Positions 1 to 13,810 of a DNA stretch of 64,000 nucleotides are shown piece after piece. A program made the translations under genes and the position numbers. The DNA lies in contig NW_026925150.1 in assembly GCF_032062105.1 (NCBI RefSeq), positions 62,001 to 126,000 on the forward strand, written 5' to 3'. Position 1 is the stretch's first letter, and every line of letters starts with the position of its first letter. The notes under the pieces are model-generated. The model saw only the letters and a program-made list of their open reading frames with translations, had not been told where the DNA came from and did not search any database. Source of the stretch: Saccostrea cucullata (taxonomy: Eukaryota).

Positions 1-3000
1 ATGTATGAATTTTTTCTTTGCCAAATGATAGTTGACAGATTAAATGATAGTTGACAGATTAAGATACCGTATCTAAAAAAATAAGTTAAATCTGGTGGTT
101 GATTTATGGTTAATTTGTTGACCCCCCAGCCTCCTTAAATGAAGGTAGCTGAAAAAAAAGAAGCCGCTTTTCCTGTGTGCCCAGAGAAAATAAATATGGA
201 GTTTCCATCATTGGATCGGGAGATCGGATCCGGCCTTCAGAAGTTCGATTAAGGCGTATTGAAGAATCTCAAATAACCCAACCTTTGCTTACCTAGTTTT
301 ACCAACTCTCGTAGCGAACACCACGCCACCTAGCGTTATAATGCCGCACTAAATTTTGACGGTTTGACAACTTCCATTCGTCTTCATTGAATATGCTTCA
401 TTGTTAGCGTGATTGAATTAACATTCGTAGTAGAGATAATGCTAATAATTTATGAAAGAAACTGTTTAAGTTTAAAAGAAAGTAGAATGAATTTACAAAA
501 ATAAAGCAACATAGAAGTAAAGACAAAATGAAGAAGGATAAAAGTCAAAGTGAAATGTAATAAAGACGAATATGAAAACAATAAAGTGACATATAATTAC
601 AATAACAACAAAGCATAAAGAAGTAGGCAGAATAAGAATAAAAGCAAGATACATAGACTTTTGGCGGTAATTCCCTTCCATACTCTGGGTGCACTGCGGG
701 TTCGCTCGTGTTCAGCTCTGGGTTAGCTGCAGATCTGTATCGTTAAGGTTTTTATATATTTATCTTTGCCATGACGCTAATGATCCTGTAATGCAAAAAG
801 GTGCAAATTATGGCGCAATATTTTTGCGTTCTTTCGGGGAAAATTTCTCCACTTTCCAGCATCGGTTTGGTTTGAACATATTTTATTGTTTAGATGTTAC
901 AACAAAAGGATTGGACACAAGTTCTTAAAACTTGGAACGTCCTCTCCTTTTAAAACAATTACATGTAATTACACAAAGTATTGTGAAAAAAATTAATTTA
1001 CACTGGAACCGAAGGTCAATAAGATTATATAACAAAAGTAATGCATGTACAAAATTGAGATTGATGTACTATGTACAAACGAATCTAAAAACATTCAAAA
1101 AAAAGACCAGATCTCTTGTTATTAAACAATTGCACATTTAAAAATAAACTTTCATTTTCAAAAATACTGATCGAATTATCTCCCCATAACAGAACATGAG
1201 TGTCTACAATACGCAAGTTAATAATTCTAAAAATAGCATTGAACAGGTCTTTTCTTGGGGCAATGTCACAAGTGCATAATGGACTGTTAATAATACTACA
1301 CTTAAATAAGTCTTTATTAAAAACGCAATTGTGTCTTAATCTAGTATGAATTACACTCCAGAAACGATCACCAAAAGTAAAAAAGGACGGGGTAGGTGTT
1401 CTCTGAGAGTTTTTTTTACAATTTTTTAAGAAATCTATAGTAGTTGATTGTCTTGTTTCAAGAGATAAAGAGTTCCATTCTCTTATTGCCATTGTAACAA
1501 ATGATGATTTATATATATTTAATCTACACTTAGTGAAGTAATAATTTTGAGATGGTCTTGTTACGTAATTTGATTCGTGTAATCGAATATTTGGAAATAT
1601 TTCTTTCAGATACCCGGGTACCATGTTATGAAATATTTTAAACATAGTTGTTCTTACTTTGGACATTCGTCTCTCCAGCAAGTGGTTCCCAATCTCGCGA
1701 TGCCAATGAAGTTAACCCAGTGACTATTCTTGCTGCTGCAAATTGTATTTTTAGTAGTATTTCGGAATCTTGATTAGAACACCCACACCAAATTTCAGTG
1801 GAGTATTCTAATTGAGGTCTTATAAAAGTAGCATATAAAAGGTTGTAGCACTGACCCTGAATTGCAGTTTTTTAAGTAGACCTTATTTTTATATGCATTG
1901 GCCACGGCAGAATCAATGTACGTTTGAAAAGAGAATAACTAAGTGATTATGTGATGAAACAAAATCTTAATCACAATCTTGAAATTTTAGCAATGGTAAA
2001 TCTACATTTTTCCTGATACTAAAAAATACAGCTTTGGTTTTCGAGGGATTAAATTTCAATATCCAATGTTTAGACCAACGCTCAGGTTGATTTAAATCAT
2101 TATTCAGTCCTAATTGAATATCATGTACATTTTCTGCACATTTCTGTAAAGAATTATCATCGGCATACAACTTGCTTAAGGTCGACAAATTTTCAGCAAC
2201 ATCATTGACATATATGAAGTCTTAGAATAAAAGCGGTCCCAATACAGACCCCTGGGAGACTCTAGCATGTAAAGATTTAAAACTAGACATAGTATTCCTA
2301 TGTTGTACCCTTTGTGTCCTTAAATCTAAATAAGTTGTCACTAACACCATATGTTTGTAGCTTAAAGAGAAGACCTTTATGCCATACTCGATCAAATGCC
2401 TTGGACAAATCACAAAAAAACTATATAACAGTGTTTTCCTTCATCAATAGCTTTAGCTATGTAATCGAATGTCTCATTAAGTTGATAAACCGTTGAATGA
2501 CCTGGTAAAAAGCCAGTCTGATATTTATTAAAAAGATTGTTAGAATTAAAATAATTATAAACATATTTGAAAATAACTCGCTCCATAATTTTACCTAAGC
2601 AGGTTAATAATGACACAGGTCTATAATTTGATAATAATGATGAGTCACCTTTTTTTACATAAAAGAGGTACATTAGCTACCTCCACTGTTTAGTCATGTT
2701 ATTCACCTTTTTTACGTAATTTTTTAAACTTGTCCTAGTCTGATTTTTTTCTTTTATGGGCTTTATCTCTTACACGATTTCTCTGACAAATCGTTTTTTG
2801 CGAAGCGGAATCGAACCAGGGTTTATCTTGAGGCCTTATCTTTAGGCCTTATAGTTACTGTTTTTTTCGGGAATGCAATTTTTAAAAAACTTCTTGAAAA
2901 ATTACTTCCCGCCTGGTCTATATCTTTGGCGTCATTAATAAGCGTTTTCCAATTTGTATTGCGTGTAAGTGTGTTTAGTGTTTCAAAATCTGCATTTTTA

Positions 3001-3092
3001 TATAGCCTTACTTTCTTTTCATATGATTGTGCTTGTATTGTACAGGTCCTGTCCAAAGACTATTTCTACTTACGTGGCCATTAATAGCTTCC

Positions 3093-3459
3093 TAGGTATT
3101 TAAACTTACCCAAAGTAGCTATTTTTACCTACTTTTTTATTATCTGCATTTTGTGGCCAAACGCAAGAACGATGCAACGTGGCGAATACCATACCATGTT
3201 GATACAGTCAAAATGATACAAAAAATTTTGGTTAAAAAATGATTACTTCCTGAATCGGCAATTTTGCATGTTTCTATGCTAAATTGATAATATACGAAGT
3301 AATCAATTTTTGGCCATATTTTTGTCATATCCATCACCAGTGTGACTGTATCAATAAATTTGGAGTTCACCGTGTTGCGCCGTTCTTGCGTTTGGCCACA
3401 AAATGTAATTAAAGCAGAAATTAGGTAAAATAGCTACTTTTGGTAAGTTTAAATACCTA
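3093..3459. mobile_element. Foldback MITE inserted in LINE ORF2
   Basis: TIR taggtatttaaacttacc(c/a)aaagtagctatttt at both ends; internal inverted repeats ttttgtggccaaacgcaagaacg/cgttcttgcgtttggccacaaaa. Confidence 0.8.
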
Positions 3460-4203
3460 TGTAAATATTAATTAATAGCTAGGTAGGTAAATATTAATAG
3501 TCTTTGGACTAGACCTGTTGTATGTGATTGAAGATATATGTATGTGCCTATGTGATCGCTAAGAGATTGTTCTACGTCTTTTGTCCCAGAGTCCAGTACA
3601 TCGGCATGTAAATTTTCGCTGACAAGAATAGGGTCTATGAGAGATTTCGTGTTTTTCGTTACTCTAGTTACGTCGTATACTGTGTTTTGAAAGGAGTACT
3701 GGTACTTTAAAGGAAATTTCATTGACTACATGTGTGGTTTGGAGATTTAGAAAGTTTACATTTAGGTCACCTATGACTAAAATTCTATCGGATATATCAA
3801 CAGCTTTTTCAAGGGACCATTCGAATTTTTTCCAAAAAGAATTATCGGAGTTAGGAGGACGATACACACAACAGAGCAAGATATTGCAGGTAGTGTCGCT
3901 AATTTCTAACCATACACATTCAAGCTTCACAGGTTTAAGATCAAAGCATCTATTTGTGCGCAACGAGTCAGCTGCATATGTAATTACACCGCCCCCGTGC
4001 GAGTTTTTATCTTTACGAAAAGTTGAGTTAAATCCATCAATAGGAATGTCTTCGTTTAAAATGTTAACATCAAGATGGGTTTCTCTGAAACATAAAATGT
4101 CGAAATCTGACACAATACTAGTACTTAAAAACTTATCAAACCTTTTTCTAATACTTCTTTCATTTAAATGAAAAATGTCTAGTGTGGATTGGGTACTTTG
4201 AGA

Positions 4204-4227
4204 TGGTCCCGGATTTGTCTCTATGTC
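4204..4227 (-). other. 2A/StopGo ribosome-skipping motif DIETNPGP in LINE ORF2
   Basis: Translation LILLSGDIETNPGP matches the D(V/I)ExNPGP consensus and lies immediately upstream of the APE domain. Confidence 0.85.
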
Positions 4228-4907
4228 GCCTGACAACAATATAAGGAAATACATAATTTGTAACACGTAATTTTAAAAAAATATTTTCTTGTGCCCCTTT
4301 TGACAGTAAGCATTTGGTATTTTGCCAAATATACAGTAATTAAAACACTCAATAAAAAAAACAAAATCATGAAATCGTAGTACATAGAATGGCAATGATT
4401 TTGATGTACATCTACAGTTACAATAGAAAAGTCCAATTGCGACTCGATATTGTTCTGTTGTATTAGCCATTATCAAGACATAGAGAGACGTATTGAGCAA
4501 TATTTGAACCAGCCACATGGAGACATATAATAAGTAAACATGCAATTTTATTTGTATGACCTTTGGTTAAAAATAAAAACAAAAAACCATTGAAAAAAAG
4601 TGTGGATAGAAAGAAATCAAAAAAGAACAAAACAATGAACATGATCAATGAAGGAAACAAAATAAAAATTGTGAACAAGAGTAAGGAAAATGGCAATGTA
4701 AATGTAATAAGTACAAGATTTTCCAAGTAACAGTGGTCATACTGGAGAGTTTAGAGGTAAGACAGAAACATCTTCGATAGTCCATACTGATATAAATTAA
4801 TAGTTATTAATTTGAGAATACTAATTTAAGATTGCTTTTATCACTTTGATTTCAAGTGTATTGATGAATTGTGAAGACATCATTAAATAGTTAATGGGTA
4901 CTGGAAT

Positions 4908-5989
4908 TACATGTCCTCAGAAATCACATACTCTGGTGGATAGGACTGTGGTGGGGCCAGGTCATACAAATCTCTGATAGACCGGATCATGTATTTGCGA
5001 CCCTGTTTGTACAACTTGGTGAATATCCGTCCATCGCTTGTCCAAAAGGAATGTACCTTTTCAGCACGTTTTGCGCTTGCCATTTTTTTAACAACTCATT
5101 GTCTGTATTTAGTAAGATCTTCGGTTATAAATATCGTAGAGTCTCTTAGCTTTCGTATATCGCTGTATAGATTTTATTTTTCACTTTCCAATTTTTAAAA
5201 CGACATATAATTCGAATATTACCGTTTTTGTTGGGTTTGCCAATAGGATTGGACCTAAAAATGTCATCCTCTTTGAGCTCTATTGATAAGTGCTGATTGC
5301 ATATAGAAATAACTCTAGCATCCGTGTCTGTGCCTTGGTCGGGGACCGAGCAATTATGAAATCTTATGGAGTTTCTCCTTCTGTACTTCTCTAGGTCATC
5401 TACTGTATCCTCAAGATTCCAGATTTGATTTTGTTGATCAGTGTTTTGCTCTTTATAATCCTTTAAACGCCCTGTGAGATCATCAATTTGTTTATTTTGT
5501 TTTGAAATTGTTTCAGTTTGGTTCTGAATTGTTTTATTTAATGAGTTGCAAACAGACTGGACTGCAAGCTCGATGGAGGGTTTGATAGCTTCTGCAAGCA
5601 CTGGTATCAACTTCGCCATAAAAGTTGGCGGCATAGCCGGGTTGTTCATAGAGTTGAATATTAACTCTGGAAGACTGAAAGTTTTACCCTGAGTTTGGAT
5701 AAAGGAGGTTGCTTATCAGTACCTGGTTCCCCAATGTTTTCAGTTGCAGAAGGATTAGCATTCACAGATGAACTTTGATTAGACTGAAAAGAATTTTCAG
5801 AGACGGAGACGGAGGTGATTGTGCTTCCCCGTTCATTTTTCCAAGACCAGTTTCTACTGATTGATCACAAAGTTCATTTAGATCTGGTAATGATGAAGTT
5901 CTAAACCTTCTACGTGAGGTTTTAGATGAGCTATGGAAGGGACTATAGTGTGTTAGTTTCGTACCCACCGATTTTGACTTGGATGACAT
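4908..5989 (-). pseudogene. LINE ORF1 (coiled coil + RRM-like L1/Transposase_22-type), frameshifted
   Basis: ORFs 5762-5989 and 5146-5649 (coiled coil, LEKYRRRNSIRFHN, IICRFKNWKVKNKIY), continuing after a frameshift with IFITEDLT...FWTSDGRIF. Confidence 0.8.
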
Positions 5990-6667
5990 GAGTAGAACTC
6001 ACAAATGTTTATGCATGCGACAGTACGTCAAAGTTCACACACCAAAAAACACACAAAATAGACAAATGTTCTGCTTCAAAGTTTGTTTTCAATTAGAGTT
6101 GCATCTTGCTTAAGTCAGAGTATACACTAGCCTACTAATCAACACTCAGAAATGCAATACTACCTCTTTTACCCATCTACCTACCCTTTAAAGTCGTTTC
6201 TACAAGTGATAAACTCGCTTAATCAAAATCATATGTTAGAATATGCTGTGGTTACTAAAGTATGAATTATATGAAATTGTGCATTTTTATTAGCTCATTT
6301 GCATCATTAGAAATGCCTGTATTTAGCCTTAACTCACTTGCGTAGTACTTACACATTGAAATTTGTAATAAATATTTACCGGACATTTTCTTGAAAAGAA
6401 ATATCAGATCTTTATTACCGCTTAGAATTATAGAGCGAGTATGATTTTAAGCAGAATGAAAAAATAACAACCATGACAAACAATAATCATTGTTCTCCCG
6501 ATAAGAATATATTAATATACCCCCTACATGTGTACTTCAATTCCATTCTTTATTCACTCAAAACCAGATAACTGGTACAAGAGGTACATATATACATATA
6601 ATATAAACAAAAATTACATTCAAGGATCAAGAAATAGATAAATAAATATAAAGGGAAAAAAGAGTAA

Positions 6668-6978
6668 AAACTAGAGGTACTGTGAGCAATGAGCTCAATA
6701 AATGATACCCCCGCCTCCCATAATGTCAATGTTTCATAGAATATAATGGCAATCTCCATGTTTTGGTATGGGAAACCTAATATACCGAATATCGAATAAA
6801 AAAGTAAAATAGGAGGTGCTCAATGGCAATATGTAATAAAGATTCTGTGAAAGTTTCATTCAATTTCACTCAGTAGTATAAGAGGAGTTGCGGATAAGAG
6901 ATAAAGCGTAACAGACGGACGGACGGACGGAAATACCGATTATTATATACCCTCCCACTTTTCAAGCAGGGGTATAAA
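6668..6978 (-). mobile_element. Short non-autonomous Helentron-type element (HINE/DINE-like)
   Basis: (ACGG)n microsatellite at 6912-6931, sub-terminal IRs atacccccgc/gcaggggtat, terminal hairpin-like gagc..gctc; same architecture as 38369-39360 and 61958-62690. Confidence 0.65.
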
Positions 6979-9339
6979 ACATGCAGTCAGTTATATACAT
7001 ATTGTATAAAACACGTGGAGGATTCAAGGACAGACAGTTTTAAAAATGGTCTTGATTTTTTTTACTGACCATACAAGTTACGGATGTCAGCATGTGAATA
7101 TTTTCTAGGACTTTATGCTTTAAATAGATATTCAAACTGAATAATATTGGGGAAAAAAATAAAATACAGGTTATTCATCATAGAAGTAATTGATTGCTTA
7201 ATGTATTTTGAATTAGAAAATAAGCACATATTTTGATTTTGTAAGTAAACAGCAATCATGAAACAAATTAAAATTGAGAATTCTGGTTTGTTTGCTAAAA
7301 AATTGCGAAATAATTGAACAAAAAATACATGCTATAGTGAATTTACCACCTATAATTTTGTTAGTTTAAAAGATAATAATATATATCTATATTTTTTTGA
7401 AAATGGAAAGCTTATATATGGCTCAAAACTCTGTTACGGACGTCAGACAGTCTCCTCTTGCAAATAATTACTCTGAAGATATCAAAAGTAGTCTTGAAAA
7501 TTATGGTTTACAGTTTCCTCAACTACGCAAACTTCCTTTTCTAGGTGAAAAAACCAGATATTTTACCTACAGGAAGGGGTTATTACCAAAAGATCAGATA
7601 AATGCACACTTTCATATTTTCACTCTTTTCTCTCCATTTTTTCTGTCTTTAATTTTGCATTTGTCAATAACATTTTGTAAATAATGTATATGAATATTTA
7701 TTGCACTGGTTTAATCTACATTTTTTCTAAATTAAACATTTTTTTTTCATTTATTTAAAAGAAGTCAATTAATATTAGAAAGATTGGTGATAGGTGTCAG
7801 GTATTGTAAAACCTGACATCCGTAACCAACATTATTTAGAATAAATTTCCTACAAGAGAGTTTTAAACAATTAATTTAATCAATACACAATAAAATTTGG
7901 ACATGTGCATATCAATACAATATTTCAAGGGGTCAGATATATTTATTCATATGATATTTTTTTCAAATATGTCTGATACACAAATATCCGATCACATATT
8001 TTGCAAATCAATAAGTTTGGTGCTCGAATATATCAATGGAATGAAACATCTAAAGCATTTTACGCATTAATAATTATCACTTTTTAGATATAAAAACATA
8101 AGCATGAATAATAACATTTAGAAAATGCCTTTAAAGCGCTTAAAACTCTATAGGTATGGAATCTGACTTTCCACCCTGATATACGTAACGCTACAGAAAA
8201 TTTTTCAAAATAATGTCAGATGATTCATTGACTTAGGTGAAATGGTTTTAGTCTACAGCAAATATACTTCTTGCAAATGAGTATAAACTAACTCAAACAA
8301 TTCCACACATATCCATTCGTATTTATTCACATTTTAACACACCTTTGTCATATTTTTCTCAAACATACGTTTTGCTTCATACATTTAATTATGATACTAT
8401 CTATATTTATTCTTTTAAATACAATCACTTCCTTTCAAATCAATCACGCGTTACGGAAGTCAGGCCTGTTTCAGCGACAATATATAAATCGGGATAAATA
8501 AAGGAATAATGTCTTAAATCAGATTATGTCTTACTTACAAAACAGGCTTTGTGATACTAAAATAATTAATAAGTTGTAAATGTTAATATCTTCAAGGATA
8601 TGCCATTTAGTAATACATTAAAATTGGAATATGTACTTGCGACATGCTAAAAAATTAAGACAACTGTTTTTCATAGGAATATTTGGACATACTTTAACAC
8701 TTCAAATGCATATTATTTGGTACCAAAATTTTCATTTTTGTTGTAGATATATTTTCAGCAAAGTTTTAGATGTGTACATGAAGTAGGAAAAAATAATTTT
8801 GTATTAAATACTAGCGACACCAGTTTTACGTATTTGGAACCATTTCTGGAGAATGGCTGATATAAGACACTATTTTCTAAAGGAAAATAAGCACAGAAAT
8901 GAATCATTCTGAGGTTATTCTGCATTGAACTTAGAAATATACCAAATTAATGGCGTCATATTTCCAGAAAGGTCCTCCTTCATACCATATTCTTTAATGA
9001 TTTATCATATTCATCTACTCAACTATTTACAAAGCCAATTTCATAACTTTTTAAGAACATTAAATTTTTTCGGCGCAATAAAGTCCAAACTATACATTCT
9101 TCATACACGAGAACCCCCATGCCAGTTTTGATAGTCCTCGCCCACTGACGTCAAACACAAAGGCACAAGATTTACATGGATATTTAGCCTCTTTAGCGTC
9201 AGACACAGAGACAAAATACTGTACAGTTAATAATGTCTACAAACGACGATGTTTAAAAACGTTTTTTAAAAGATTTTTTTCAAATTTTCTTTATGACAAG
9301 TACCCCTAAAGATGACTTGAAATATGTCGTCGCGGTATA

Positions 9340-9983
9340 TACTTTCATTCCAAAAACAAGGTGTCACTTTGCTTAATCAAGCGTGCTAAAGTTTCACATG
9401 TTGACTACCAAATAACTCATCGATTGGATGTTTGATTTCAATGAAATCAAAACTACTTTGCATATGAAATACAGAACCTTGCAATATCACTTACAATACT
9501 GACGAATCGTATTGAATGATTGTTCACGAGAATGCCGTAAACAATAAACACATGTGGACCGCAAAGCAAGTTTTACTCCTTATAATTATGGAATTGATCG
9601 CTAAATGCAATATAACATATATAATAATAAAAGTTTCAAAGTATAGCCTGACTTATTTGATGCTTTAAATGTTCTTATACATATCAAAATCAACTCCATT
9701 AGGTCAAAGCACAACAAATATGACACGTGCTTTTTGGGGGACTGTAAACGGGCTTTGACTGACCACGTGTTGCCGGTGACTACAAATGCCGCGTTAGAAA
9801 GCAATAATTCAAAACGATTGTTCAGTGTTATCGGGATATTGTTGGATTCTGTATTTTATATGCAAAGTAGTTTTGATTCATTTAAATGAAACATCCAATC
9901 GATGAATAATATGGTAATCAATTTGTGAAATGTTAACACGGTTGATCAAGCAAAGTGACAGCTGTTATTGGAATGATAGTACA
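9340..9983. mobile_element. MITE with ~140-bp imperfect TIRs
   Basis: 9345-9480 (ttcattcc...gtcactttgctt...catcgattggatgttt...aatcaaaactactttgcatat) is the reverse complement of 9845-9977. Confidence 0.75.
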
Positions 9984-10322
9984 TGTTATTAGAGATTGTT
10001 CTAGCTGACGTATCCGTATAAGTATCCGTATCCGTATACGTATCGAGGTATGAGAGGCATCTCGATCCCGATGCTTAAACCATCTGGTTACAGTTCCATC
10101 GTTTCATGTTTGGTTTTTAACCTCATTCACTAAGAAATGATATGTAGTGTGATATTTTTAATAAAAAAAAATATCAGTTGCTGTACACGCCTTATGCATC
10201 CTGTTTGGGAGGGGGGGGTAAAAGTTTAAAAATAAAATTTGAAAATAAGTATTTTTTTTTTTAATTTAAATGTGTAAAAAATATTTCGAAAATATTTCTA
10301 GATTCACCTCTTCTTCTCGCTC

Positions 10323-10329
<7 letters not shown>

Positions 10330-10378
<49 letters not shown>
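10330..10378. repeat. (CT)n microsatellite
   Basis: About 24 CT units seen directly. Confidence 0.95.
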
Positions 10379-10381
<3 letters not shown>

Positions 10382-10476
10382 ATTAGAGTATTCATTGTTC
10401 ATTCTCGAATTAACATTTACAAGAACACGACATATCTCCAATAATATATAATTATATATACAGTTAAACCTCTTAA

Positions 10477-10950
10477 GGTCAAGATCTAGTAAATGGAAAG
10501 TGCCTGCAGATTTATGAAATTTAAGAAATAAATTCCTTTAATGATGCTTTATAACATTAGATTGGTCAAAATGGGCGTTTGGGGGGAAAATTTGAAGAAA
10601 AACAAGCTGAAAAACCATATTTTAAACTGTCATTTTCAATGAAAAATCAAGAAAACTAGACATGAAAATGGGAGTTTTGTCCTTATCAGACAAAGAAAAG
10701 GTATCCAGATAGCCTACAGTTTTTTCAGAAAACGGTAATTTGTATGTTCTTAGTTTCTACTTTAAAATAATGATGAATTTAAAATAGGTTTCGGGACTAC
10801 TTTTCATGTGATTTTAAATTGAATTCCATGAAAATATTTCATTTTATTCATAATTCTATTAGAGGTGTAAAGTACGGAAAAAGAAAGTTGAAAATGATTA
10901 TAACGTCAAAATGGATTTAGCACTGAAAAGTTGTTTACTAGATCTTGACC
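10477..10950. mobile_element. MITE with TTAA TSD (Kolobok/piggyBac-type target)
   Basis: Perfect 17-bp TIR ggtcaagatctagtaaa flanked by TTAA at 10473-10476 and 10951-10954. GG termini fit Kolobok better than piggyBac. Confidence 0.85.
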
Positions 10951-13644
10951 TTAAACTCAAACTTGTAAATTGTTAATACATGTAGTTGTGCATTAACTGG
11001 GAAATATTTAACCATACATTGTAGGGCAAAACAAATGTGTATGGGTGATTCACTGAAAATGTACATCCTCTTTTCCTTATTTATCATCTTCTACGTTATT
11101 CTTTATCAGGTATTTAAATGGGCATAGTCCCCCCCCCCCCCCAAAAAAATCAAAGTACTGAAAGTACTGAAAAGCGGTTAGCATGCTTTCATCGAATATG
11201 TACAGTGTACAATAACAAAAAATGCATTGAATGATGATATTAAAGTAAGCATGCATATCTTTTTCCAATGTCATCAGCGAAGAATCAGACACACTGAATT
11301 TTGTAGTACTTAACTAAATGGTAAAACCAATAACATCCCAGACTGATGTCCCAAATGTTTGTTTCAAAATATCAACCTGAGATTTTCAGTTTGAAAGACA
11401 GGAAGTTCAATTTCAAAAATTTCTGCCTAATTGTCTCCATTGGTGGCGTCCAAAAGTGCTCAGAACGAAAAAAATTATGTTGATGTTGCAAATTTAATTG
11501 GCTTTCATGCTCTACTGATTCTGAAATTAGGTAACTGTAAAGGCTACTATAGCAAACAACTCAAAAAGAAAATAAAATGATAATTCAAATTCTTCAGATT
11601 AATTGGTTTGGAGTACTGTACATAGATCTTTAGCTGGCTAGTCTGAGAAAAACGGATGGACGAGCAGAGAATTAATTAATTTCAGATAGCTTCAGTTTCG
11701 TAGGCTCACTGCGGGTCAGCAGGTGTGACCTATCATTGGGGATGCCTACTTCTCCTAGGCACCGGAACTTTCAAGGATCCGTTTTTCTTTTGAGACCGAT
11801 CACTGTTCATTCTGTATTTTGATACAGATACTGAGCACATCTGTTTATTAACATTATGAACTATTTCTCTCCCAGGAAGAAAGACAAGTTAACAAGATAA
11901 TAAAGTTTTAAGAAATGTACATTATTGACTTTTCATACAATTAAATGTTCGAATAAGTAAAAGGTATATGACAATTATTTAAAATATAGTCTTGCACGAT
12001 ATGTATAAACGAACATATACTGAGTATTTGGCAAATATTTTTCATGAAAAGGAAAGTTGTTGTTTAATCCATCAATACTAGTATTTCAAAAATTCAAAGG
12101 TTCACTAAAATTCAGTATAACAAACAATTTAATTGTCCATTGCAAGAATTACCTAGGTATCATTTTCACTTTCCTCAATATGTCGCATAAGCAATACATT
12201 GTTTTGTTTTTTTTTGTTTGTTTGTTTTTTTTTTACTAAAAACAAGTATGCGAATTTCTATCAATATGCCTGTAAGCATCTGTATTTTAATTTTTATTTC
12301 TTCTCAAAGGGCCAAATTGAGAATTAACAAATTTGACAAATTCAAATTTAAAAGTATTTTTACAACTTATACCTTGCACAGGAATTTCGCCAACTTTCAA
12401 AAATAATCATTCATTAGATATAATTTTCAATTTGTGCTAATTGTCCAGATTTCTTCATGCATCTTTTTTTGTGCATATTTTATATCGGCTGATTTCTAGA
12501 AAAGGATCCAATGCCGATTAATTTTTTTTTCAATTTTTTGAAAATTAATTTTAATATTTTCAGGCTCCCTTTATTTTTTTAAAAAAATAAAAATGTGAAA
12601 ATGTGATCGTTTAAAATCGTTTGTAATAAGTAGACTGAGTACAGGATTAATCCCTGGAAACAAAGATTTTATCATCTTTTAAATAATTTCAATTAAGAAA
12701 AAAAGGAGAAGAAAAAATTATGGAAGTAATCCATAACTGTACAGCTTACAGAATGAAGTATTCAGTATTTTTATATAAAGGCTTTCTTCGTGTACTAGTA
12801 TTACTTAAGTTAATTAAAGGGATGCCTTAATATTTTGGAAAATGAAACTCGATCGAGAGATTCTCCGATGTTTTGCAGTCGGTAATAACTTTCAACCCCT
12901 TTAGCCAGTAATTAACCCCTCCTCCCTGTGCCCAGTAGCATAATTCGGTCGAATATTTATTGTTTATGAGGGGTGCCTTATAATTAATCACAGGCACCTG
13001 AATTTTTATCAGTAAGTCTCTAAATTAGACAAATATCGAAACATTCTACCCCCTCTATATATAAATACACAACGTGTGCAACGTCATTTTGACCACCTGT
13101 TCGACTAGGCTTCAATTTAACACATAAATCGGATATGCCTACAGGTTTTCGTGTAGCATTGGGTTCAAATATGATATTTCTCGCTATACATTTCTTCCTA
13201 AAGTTTAAATCTAACGTGTTGATAATGTTATCAGCTAAACTTCATGCTGACTTTGAATTTCGTCACAGGGCCCGATCGCCATCAGCTGATGTCACGGAAA
13301 TTTAATCTCAACACCAAATGCTCCTATACATAAACTTTTTTTAATACAACAATTATGAATTTATTTCATTGACAAACAAAATCAGAAAAAAATTAAAAAC
13401 CGAGAGATTATGCTGTTTTGATAGTCTAGATTTTATTTAACATATGTTATATGTGTTAGAAACAAATCATAGGTACTAGGTAGAGGCTTTGTTGAAGTTT
13501 CCGTTGTCGATAGGTAGCGCCTTATGGAAGTTTCCGGTGTCGATAAAAACTGGACACATGCCATAAAGCGGTTAGCGAAGCTAACCGCTTAAAAAATGGA
13601 TAGCTGAATATATTCCCTAAATTGTAGGTCGATAGCCGTATCAT

Positions 13645-13810
13645 GGGCGGCGGAAGCAAATAGAAAGTGGGGGCGCTAATTGAAAGGGGGGGGGGCTAAA
13701 CCAACAAAAAAGGTAAATCACAATTTTAAATGCCTTTATTATGTCTATCTTTGCAAAAAAAGTGGGATGGGGGGTTAAGCCACCCCCCCTCCCCCCCGGT
13801 TTCGATGCCT
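13645..13810. repeat. Short G/C-tract element (MITE-like)
   Basis: ggcggcggaa...poly-G...poly-C...tttcgatgcc; related copy at 14277-14620. Confidence 0.5.

Larger units (their letters stand above)
1085..4470 (-). pseudogene. LINE ORF2 (2A peptide + APE endonuclease + reverse transcriptase), disrupted
   Basis: ORF pieces 4273-4545 (MANTTEQYRVAIGLF), 3664-4266, 3468-3722, 2823-3056, 2410-2673, 2222-2413, 1967-2188 and 1085-1681. Confidence 0.88.
866..6060 (-). mobile_element. Decayed near-full-length non-LTR retrotransposon (CR1/L2-group LINE)
   Basis: Collinear minus-strand ORF fragments: ORF1, APE endonuclease (DILCFRETHL, YRPP, GDLN, LIDPIL, LSDH), RT (NYRPVSLLTCLGKIMERVI, SQGSVLGPLLF, LYADD) and C-terminal domain. 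3' end with AATAAA near 870-890. Many stops, frameshifts and deletions. 5' boundary approximate. Confidence 0.9.

Noticed and set aside
3722-4171. 149-aa plus-strand ORF
   Set aside because: Antisense shadow of the LINE endonuclease coding region.
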